Assembly (NCBI GenBank): GCA_963798845.1
Contig: CAWCUS010000006.1
Coordinates: 64,001-128,000, forward strand
Length of the DNA: 64,000 nucleotides
From: an uncultured Gemmatimonadales bacterium
Lineage (GTDB): Bacteria; Gemmatimonadota; Gemmatimonadetes; Longimicrobiales; RSA9
Reading direction: 5' to 3'
A program made the translations under genes and the position numbers. The notes below the pieces were generated by a model. It saw only the letters and a list, made by a program, of their open reading frames with translations, searched no databases and was not told the origin of the DNA. Shown piece after piece: positions 57,092 to 64,000 of this stretch. Position 1 is the stretch's first letter, and each line of letters begins with the position of its first letter.

Positions 57092-59818
57092 GTGTCGATC
57101 TTCCCCTCCCGGGCCCCCGCGGGCTTCGCCGCGCGACTTCGGTCGCTCTGGCACGGTCTCCGGCGCCGGGAAGCGATCGAGGCGGAGATGAAGGAGGAGT
57201 TCCGTCACCATATCGCACTCCGGACCGAGGACCTGGTGGAGCGGGAGGGGCTGTCGTGGAAGGAGGCGTACAGACGGGCACGGCTCGAGTTCGGCCACGT
57301 GGAGGGGCACCGCGAGGACGCGCGCGCGTCTCGGGGACTGCGCTGGTTCGACGAGCTGGGGTTCTCGTGGCTCGACGTGAAGCTCGGTCTCCGGATGGTG
57401 GCGAGGAGCCCCGGCCTGACGCTCGTCTCCACGTTCGCGCTCGCCATCGGGATCCCGGTGGGGTTGGCTCCCGCACACTTCGTCGACGGTCTGCTGGCAC
57501 CGCTGCCGGTGCCCGAGGGGGAGCAGATCCGCCTGCTTCGCCTGTGGAGCCCCGCGCTGGGCCGCACGACGGCGACGACGACCCACGACTACGAGACGTG
57601 GCGGAGCTCCCTCTCCACGTTCGAGGGGATCGCCGCCTTCCGGCAAACCGCGTACAACGTCGACCTCGAGAACGGGGGCTGGACCGTGGTTCGCGGAGCG
57701 GAGGTCACGGCGTCGGCGTTCTCGATTCTACGGGTGCGCCCGCAGCTGGGACGTCCGATCCTGGCAGCGGACGAGGTGCCGGGTGAGGGGCGCGTGGTGG
57801 TGATCGGCCACGACCTCTGGCAGGCCCGGTACGGGGGCGACCCCGGGATCGTCGGACGCTCCGTCGACCTGAGCGGGGTGTCCCGGACGGTGGTGGGCGT
57901 GATGCCGCCAGGCTTCCGGTTCCCGACGCACGAGAGCGTCTGGACGCCGTTGCAGGTCGTGCCCGGTGGGCCGGCCGGATCGGCCGAGAACGTCCGGGTC
58001 TTCGGCAGGTTGGCCGACGGCGTCCCCGATGCCCGGGCCCGCACGGACCTCGCCCTGGCAGCCGAACGGTCCGCGGTGCCGGGGCGCGATCGGCGCACGG
58101 TCGCCCAGGTGAAGCCCTTCGCCTACATCGCGCTTCCGGGCCTGGGTGGCGGGCTGAGAGCGACGCCCGAGTTCCTGGGCTTCCAGAGCCTGGCGCTCCT
58201 CGTCCTCCTGGTCGCGTGCATCAACGTGGCGATGCTCGTCTTCGCGCGCACCGCCACCCGGTCGAGCGAGCTGGCCGTGCGCACGGCGCTCGGCGCGAGC
58301 CGGGCACGGATCGTCCTCCAGGTCTTCGTCGAGTGCCTGGTCCTGGCGCTGCTGGCCGCGGGCGCGGGCCTGCTCCTGCTGACCGCCGCGCTCCAGCTCA
58401 TGTGGCGGGTGATCCCGGCCTCGTGGGCGGCGGCGAGCCCCTACTGGATCCGGTGGGACATCGGTCCCGACACCGTGATCCGCGCCCTGGCGCTCGCGGG
58501 CGCCAGCGCCGTGGTTGCCGGCGTGGTCCCCGCGATACGATTCACGGGCAGACAGGTGCAGGGCACCATCCAGCGGGCCCGCGCCAGGCGCACGGGCGTC
58601 CGGTTCGGGGGCCTGCCCGGCGTGCTCCTGGTCGTGGATGTCGCCGTGGCCGTGGCCGCGGTGGGATTCGCCCTGACCGCATGGGACGTGACCCAGGGCG
58701 CCGGTTCGGCCGCAAACGGGGTGGGCATCGACGCCGACGAATACCTGGCCGCGGCGATCCGGCTCCCTTCGGACCCCGCCGAGCCCCGGGGCGCAACCGG
58801 CCCGGAGCGGGGGGCGAGCCGGCGGGCCATCGTGCAGGAGGAGCTCGTGCGGCGGCTCCGCGAGGAGCCCCGGGTGCAGGGCGTGGCGTTGGCCGACGTC
58901 CTGCCCAGGATGGACCACCCCAGTCGTCTCGTGGAGGCCGAAGGCGTGGCCGCCCCCGACGGCGGCCGGGGCGTCTCCACCCGGATCGCCCGGGTGGCCG
59001 TCGATTTCTTCGAGTCTCTGGACCAGCCCATCCTGGCCGGGCGTGATTTCGACACCGGTGACCTGGCGGACGGCAGCGGGGTCGTCATCGTGAACACCAC
59101 GTTCGTCGAGCGCGTGCTCGGAGGGCAGAACGCGGTCGGACGCAGGGTCCGGTTCGTCCCGTGGGGCGACGGCGAGCCGGGCCCATGGAAGGAGGTCGTG
59201 GGCGTGGTCGGCCACCTGGGGATGCGGGCCGTGTCGCCGGACAACGACCAGGGGGTGTACGAGCCGGTCGCCCCGGGCGAGCTGGAGACGGTGCGGCTGG
59301 GCATACACCTGGCGGATGATCCTGCCGCGTTCGCCCCGCGCCTCCGGGAGGTGGCGGGCGACGTCGCGCCGGACCTGCTCCTGTCCGCAGTGGGCCCGCT
59401 GGGCGAGGTCTTCGAGGGTGACTGGTACCTGCTCCGGGCCGTGATCCTGGGCGCCTGGCTGCTGGTGTCCGTCCTCCTTGCGCTGGCCGCGTCCGGGATC
59501 TTCGCGATCATGTCTTTCTCGGTGGCGGAGCGAACCACGGAGATCGGCATCCGTTCCGCGCTGGGCGCGAGCCGGCGCGACGTGGCCGTTTCGGTGGCAC
59601 GCCGGGCCATGGCTCAGATCGGGGTGGGAGTCCTGCTCGGGCTCCCGGTCGCCGCCCTCTTCCTGGTCGACGGCGACGGCTCGCGGTACCTGGGTGCCGG
59701 GAAGACCCTCGTCGTCGGGATCGTGGTCATGAGCGTGGTTGGCCTCGCGGCCTGCACGGGACCCACCCTCCGCGCACTGCGGATCCAGCCGCGCGAGGCA
59801 CTCAACGGAGACGGCTGA
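57092..59818 (+). CDS. ADOP-type duplicated ABC permease with N-terminal prefix domain
   Basis: EEFRHHIALR..ARLEFG, CINVAMLVFAR..ELAVRTALGA, EIGIRSALGA, IQPREAL. Confidence 0.92.
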   Translation: MSIFPSRAPAGFAARLRSLWHGLRRREAIEAEMKEEFRHHIALRTEDLVEREGLSWKEAYRRARLEFGHVEGHREDARASRGLRWFDELGFSWLDVKLGLRMVARSPGLTLVSTFALAIGIPVGLAPAHFVDGLLAPLPVPEGEQIRLLRLWSPALGRTTATTTHDYETWRSSLSTFEGIAAFRQTAYNVDLENGGWTVVRGAEVTASAFSILRVRPQLGRPILAADEVPGEGRVVVIGHDLWQARYGGDPGIVGRSVDLSGVSRTVVGVMPPGFRFPTHESVWTPLQVVPGGPAGSAENVRVFGRLADGVPDARARTDLALAAERSAVPGRDRRTVAQVKPFAYIALPGLGGGLRATPEFLGFQSLALLVLLVACINVAMLVFARTATRSSELAVRTALGASRARIVLQVFVECLVLALLAAGAGLLLLTAALQLMWRVIPASWAAASPYWIRWDIGPDTVIRALALAGASAVVAGVVPAIRFTGRQVQGTIQRARARRTGVRFGGLPGVLLVVDVAVAVAAVGFALTAWDVTQGAGSAANGVGIDADEYLAAAIRLPSDPAEPRGATGPERGASRRAIVQEELVRRLREEPRVQGVALADVLPRMDHPSRLVEAEGVAAPDGGRGVSTRIARVAVDFFESLDQPILAGRDFDTGDLADGSGVVIVNTTFVERVLGGQNAVGRRVRFVPWGDGEPGPWKEVVGVVGHLGMRAVSPDNDQGVYEPVAPGELETVRLGIHLADDPAAFAPRLREVAGDVAPDLLLSAVGPLGEVFEGDWYLLRAVILGAWLLVSVLLALAASGIFAIMSFSVAERTTEIGIRSALGASRRDVAVSVARRAMAQIGVGVLLGLPVAALFLVDGDGSRYLGAGKTLVVGIVVMSVVGLAACTGPTLRALRIQPREALNGDG

Positions 59819-60160
59819 GGGGCCCGGCCTCTCGCCACCGGCCCCGGCTCAACCCGGTACCGCCCCCATAGCGGCCCCTCTCTCGCCTTCACGGCCACCG
59901 GGGCGCCGAAATCAGCTCACCCCACTTTCCGCCAACCGACTGGTCCGTATAGTCAAGCCGCCGCCGAACTTCGCCTCGCTGGACGGGTCCGCCGCGACGC
60001 GTGCACAGAATTTCGCATCGCGGACGAACGCTGAATTTGCACGATTCTGCGGATTCCCGGTCCATGTTCCCCGCGTAGATTGGAGCCTCCGCCGGTCGTG
60101 CATGCGACCGCCGCCGTGATCCGGCCCGCCAGCTCACCGATCGCTCCACAGGAGGCCGCC

Positions 60161-60460
60161 ATGTACGTGATCCGCGAAGTCCTGAACTGCAAGCCGGGCA
60201 ACGTCCGTCCGATGGTGGAGAAGTTCAGGGTCCTGTCCGCCGCGCTGGAAGAGATGGGAGAGCCGCCGCTCCGTCTGCTGACGGACGTCTCTGGCGAGCG
60301 GTTCTGGACGCTCGTGTCCGAGGTGACCGTGGAGCGGGTGGACGATTTCTTCGCGCTCGAGGAGCAGCTCATGGCGAACAGCACCGTGCGCGAAGCCATG
60401 GCGGACTATCACGGGCTGGTGGAGCGCGGCCGGCGGGAGATCCTCCGCATCGAGGGTTGA
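60161..60460 (+). CDS. Small protein, possibly NIPSNAP-like dimeric alpha/beta barrel
   Basis: SD AGGAGG; MYVIREVLNCKPG..RLLTDVSGERFWTLVSE..LVERGRREILRIE. Confidence 0.75.
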   Translation: MYVIREVLNCKPGNVRPMVEKFRVLSAALEEMGEPPLRLLTDVSGERFWTLVSEVTVERVDDFFALEEQLMANSTVREAMADYHGLVERGRREILRIEG

Positions 60461-60732
60461 GGCTGCGGAGCGGGGGGCGAGGGACGGCGCGTCCTGGTAC
60501 GTGCCGTCCACTCCCACGATCCGGGCGCCTGATCGGCCGAGGTGGTCGACGTCAAGGGCGTGCCGCCGTCCGAGGAGCTGGGTTCCTGAGGCGTAGCTCG
60601 ACATCGGCCCCGGTCGCCTGTGGCGGGAGTCCCCGAGTTTTCTCGCTCTAATCCAGGGGCGCGACACGCTCCCTCGCCGGCCGCCTGCGCATCTCCGCGC
60701 AGGCGTCGGCCGTTGACCCGTGCGAGGAGCCC

Positions 60733-61359
60733 ATGATGCAAAGCCGCGATCCTCATGTACCGCGCAACGAGAGGAAGGCCTCCGCGATGATGGCGTGCGC
60801 TGTCGTCGTCGCCTGCCTCGTGACCTCCGTCGGCGCACCACCCGCGGTCCTTCGCGCCCAGGGCGTGGGCGTAGCGATAGGGGCCAATTTCGACAGGCAA
60901 AGCGAAATCACCAAGACCACTCAGCCGTTGGACGCCGGGGAGGTCCTCACCCGAGGACTCACGATCAGCCTCTCGGGAGAGCGGCCGGTGGACGCTCGCC
61001 TGTACGCCGTCCTGATCCGCAATCGCCGCGCCGGTGCTCCCTGGGCCTCTCATGCCTTTCGCCTGAACCCTGGGACTCACCGCCTCCCGGGCGATCAATT
61101 CATCCCGGGCGACCCATTCATCCCGGGCGACCAGTTCATCCCGGGCGATCAATTCGTCCCGGGCGATCAGTTCATCCCGGGCGACCGATTCTCCAAGGAA
61201 GCCCGCGAGATCGCCGAGACGGGGGTTGTCTTCGACGGAGCCAGAGTCGATTGGGAGAGGCAGTCCGTCCTCTATCTGGTCATCGTTCCCGCGAGTTCCG
61301 AGGAAGCCGCTGCCAGCCGGGTCCAGGCCGCCGCCTTCATCCTCGGCAACCGCCGGTGA
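60733..61359 (+). CDS. Exported hypothetical protein with PGDQF hexapeptide repeats
   Basis: GAGGAG SD; hydrophobic signal ending LRA-Q; repeat tract in frame. Confidence 0.8.
   Translation: MMQSRDPHVPRNERKASAMMACAVVVACLVTSVGAPPAVLRAQGVGVAIGANFDRQSEITKTTQPLDAGEVLTRGLTISLSGERPVDARLYAVLIRNRRAGAPWASHAFRLNPGTHRLPGDQFIPGDPFIPGDQFIPGDQFVPGDQFIPGDRFSKEAREIAETGVVFDGARVDWERQSVLYLVIVPASSEEAAASRVQAAAFILGNRR
61087..61194 (+). repeat. 6 x 18-bp coding tandem repeat, PGD[QPR]F[IVS]
   Basis: Counted directly: PGDQFI PGDPFI PGDQFI PGDQFV PGDQFI PGDRFS. Confidence 0.97.
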
Positions 61360-61574
61360 TCTTCCCGGCCACCTCCGGGTCGATCTCGCCCGTGCGCTTG
61401 TCGAACAGGCGCCTGGGGTAGCCGTCGTGGCCCTGGGAGGAGGAGTGGGGGACGAAGCTGTCGAAGCCGTTTCTCAAGGGCGACATGCGTTTCCTCACCC
61501 CGGACCGTGCGGCCGAGGCGCGGGCCTGGATCTTCCGGGACTGACGCGCTGGCCAGGCCCGCGTCGGGGAGGGG

Positions 61575-61751
61575 ATGACGGTACGGGAACGACCCACGGT
61601 GAAGAACAAGCTCGAGGTCCTCCGCGCCCAACGGGGGTTCGGTTCTCGTACGGCCTGGTCGCGACCGCCTCGCAGTGCCCTCGCCCCTACCATCCCGGCC
61701 GCGAAGACCTGCGGCGCGCGACCTGTCGGGCGGAGCGTCGCGAGCGGCTAG
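61575..61751 (+). pseudogene. N-terminal remnant of an XRE-family HTH regulator
   Basis: GGAGG-ATG; VKNKLEVLRAQRG resembles an XRE N-terminus, then the similarity is lost. Confidence 0.45.
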
Positions 61752-61992
61752 GGCAGCGACCCGACTACTCGCCACCGGCCGCGGCTTGCGCCAGCCCGTC
61801 CCCGGCAGGCGGTTGGACGCCTGCGGCGCCGACGAGGCGTCCGATGTTCGCGGCGAACCAGCGGCCCCCTCGAGCCTCGAACTCGAACGCCCGCCCCGCG
61901 GGCTCGCCGAGGCGCGAAGCGCTGACGGCGTTCGACCCTCGACACGAGAGTCGACGTGACGCGTCCGGGTCCCGACTTCGGCTGGGCTTGCC

Positions 61993-62346
61993 CTGATCGG
62001 GCTCTTCGTCGCACCGCTCGAAGCGACGGGGATCTCCTACATGGTCACCGGCGGAGTCGCCTCCGTCATCTACGGTGACCCGCGGTTCACCCGCGACGTG
62101 GACATCGTCATGGAGTTGATCCGGACCGATTCCCGCGCTGGCCTCGGCATTCGACGCAAACGCCTTCTACGTCCCGCCCTGATCCTCCGGAAGCCCTAGT
62201 ATTATGAGCAGTCCGGCTCGGACCGGCACCTGCGCGACGTGGCCATGATGCTCCGTATCAGCGGCGAGACCGTGGACACGGAGATGCGCGAGCGGCTTGA
62301 TCTGCGCCAGCCCCTGGAGCAGGCGCGCGGGTTCTCACCTGACTGA
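61993..62346 (+). pseudogene. Degraded nucleotidyltransferase-family gene
   Basis: YMVTGGVAS..PRFTRDVD; middle part (AFYVPP) in another frame; in-frame TAG at 62197; tail GSDRHLRDV; no in-frame start. Confidence 0.75.
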
Positions 62347-62706
62347 CTGCCCCAGCGCCCACGCCGCGTGCTCCCGCACCAGCGGCTCCGGGTCCTCCAA
62401 CGCAGCTCGCAGCACTGCCACGGCGTCCTCTGGTGACCTGACCGTCGAAGCCAGCCAGTTCCTCATCGCCACTGCCGCGTTCCGCTTGAACCCGGCATAC
62501 CCGGCCCGCCGGATCGCCGACCCCCGCGTCCACACGTCCCACTCTTCGCGCGTCATCCGCATGAGCGCCACCAGCGACGGCGCGTCAGTCCCCGGCAGGT
62601 CGTCCGGCACCTCCGGCCGGTCCTCCACCTCGCGCCAGTCCGATCGGTAGTCCGGCTCCTTCGGGATCTGCACGAGCTTCGCCCCGTTCCACGGGCACAC
62701 CTCCTG
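62335..62706 (-). pseudogene. queG: 3-prime remnant of epoxyqueuosine reductase
   Basis: QEVCPWN, GSAIRRAGYAGFKRNAAVAM, PLVREHAAWAL; everything upstream of the last Fe-S Cys is missing. Confidence 0.8.
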
Positions 62707-62854
62707 GGCGTTCTGCCGGTTCACCCGTTTTCGGATCCGCCTGGGGACGGGCCGCTATCGGCGGTGAAGACCATGCCCCGCCCGGCGATACAACCGTTGG
62801 CCCGTCCGGACTGTCCCACTACTCGACGCACGTTCACATTCCAAGGGGTACACC

Positions 62855-64000
62855 ATGGCCAGTATCAGGCTCGCCGTCCGCAAGCTCCTGAGGACGCCGT
62901 TCATCACGGTGATCGCCCTGCTCTCGCTGGCGCTGGGGATCGGCGCGAACGCAGCGATCTTCTCCATCTTCGACCAGATCCTGCTGCGGCCACTGCCGGT
63001 GGTGGAGCCGGACCGGCTGGTGAACCTGGAGGCGCCGGGGCCGAAGCCGGGGGGGTCGACGTGCAACCAGGCCGGCGGCTGCGAGGTCGTCTTCAGCCAC
63101 CCAATGTTCCGGGACCTGCAGGCCGCCGGAGAGACCGGGTTCGCCGGGCTGGCCGGTCACCGGACCTTCCCCGCGAACATCGCACAGGGTGACCGGACGG
63201 TGGACGGGGCCGGTGTCATGGTGTCGGGATCGTACTTCTCGCTGCTCGGACTGCGACCGGCCCTGGGCCGCCTGCTCCAACCGGCGGACGACGAGGGGGG
63301 CGGCGACCACACGGTGGCGGTCCTGAGCCACCGGTTCTGGCAGAACAACCTGGGCGGCGACCCGGGCGTGCTCAACAGTGCCATGGTGGTGAACGGCGTG
63401 ACGTTGACGGTGGTGGGCGTCGCGCCCCGGGGCTTCGATGGCACCACGCTGGGGCCGCAGCCCCACGTGTTCGTTCCGCTGACGCTGCGTGGCCAGATGG
63501 AGCCGTGGTCCGGAAACGACTTCGAGAACCGTCGCGCCTACTGGATCTACGTCTTCGGTCGTCTGGAGCCGGGGGTCACGCCGGAGCAGGCGGCGGCGAG
63601 GACCAACCAGGTGTACGCGTCGATCATCAACGAGGTCGAGGCGCCGCTCCAGGAGGGGCTGAGTGAGCAGACGCTGGCCCAGTTCCGAGAGAAGCGGGTG
63701 GCGCTGGAGCCGGGGCAGCAGGGGCAGAGCAGCGTGCACGAGGAATCCCGGACACCGCTGGTGCTCCTTCTCGGCATCACGGCGCTGGTTCTTCTGATCG
63801 CGTGCGCGAACATCGCGAACCTGCTCCTGGCCAGGGGCGCCAGCCGGAACACCGAGATGGCGGTGCGCGGGTCCATGGGGGCCACCCGTGGCCAGCTCCT
63901 GCGTCAACTGCTGACGGAAGCGATGGTGCTGGCCGTGGTCGGTGGGCTCGCGGGCCTGGCCGTGGCCCGAGCCACGCTCTGGGGAATCGCGTCGATCCTG
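62855..64000 (+). CDS. ADOP-type ABC permease (partial, runs off the window end)
   Basis: MASIRLAVRKLLRTP..LALGIGANAAIFS..LLRPLP..IACANIANLLLARG; absent from the ORF track because there is no stop in the window. Confidence 0.92.
   Translation, partial: MASIRLAVRKLLRTPFITVIALLSLALGIGANAAIFSIFDQILLRPLPVVEPDRLVNLEAPGPKPGGSTCNQAGGCEVVFSHPMFRDLQAAGETGFAGLAGHRTFPANIAQGDRTVDGAGVMVSGSYFSLLGLRPALGRLLQPADDEGGGDHTVAVLSHRFWQNNLGGDPGVLNSAMVVNGVTLTVVGVAPRGFDGTTLGPQPHVFVPLTLRGQMEPWSGNDFENRRAYWIYVFGRLEPGVTPEQAAARTNQVYASIINEVEAPLQEGLSEQTLAQFREKRVALEPGQQGQSSVHEESRTPLVLLLGITALVLLIACANIANLLLARGASRNTEMAVRGSMGATRGQLLRQLLTEAMVLAVVGGLAGLAVARATLWGIASIL

Noticed and set aside
61675..62346. Intact toxin-antitoxin (nucleotidyltransferase) module
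   Set aside because: The NTase gene is broken and no convincing partner ORF could be read upstream.
1..64000. Prophage, ICE or defence island
   Set aside because: No integrase, transposase, phage structural, tRNA attachment or recognisable defence genes, and no obvious compositional break by eye.

Overview
Very GC-rich bacterial DNA with about 46 intact genes. The gene families suggest Gemmatimonadota (or an Acidobacteriota-like lineage); this is inferred from gene content only. No rRNA, tRNA, CRISPR array, transposase or integrase was seen. The window is dominated by envelope, stress and signalling modules: four PadR regulators with membrane partners, four ATPase-less duplicated ABC permeases (ADOP type), two ECF-sigma/Ser-Thr-kinase-TPR pairs, a third ECF sigma with a membrane partner, tamA-tamB, a CheB-CheR-PAS histidine kinase, a Crp/Fnr-fmdE-tauE unit with an FNR box, and an arsR-arsM-arsN2-metallophosphoesterase-acr3 arsenic operon lacking arsC. 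It also holds pepT with a POT transporter, an iodotyrosine-deiodinase-like flavoprotein, a fatty acid desaturase and a patch of gene remnants at 61.3-62.7 kb. The best candidate for an undescribed system lies at 47.8-61.4 kb. Two otherwise unrelated exported proteins carry the same tandem hexapeptide, P-G-D-[QMPR]-[YF]-[VILS] (10 and 6 copies, with synonymous variation between copies), and they bracket a cobalamin-dependent radical SAM enzyme, an ECF/kinase pair and a PadR/ADOP exporter. All product calls come from motif recognition by eye, not database searches. Start codons were re-picked where the ORF track over-extends.
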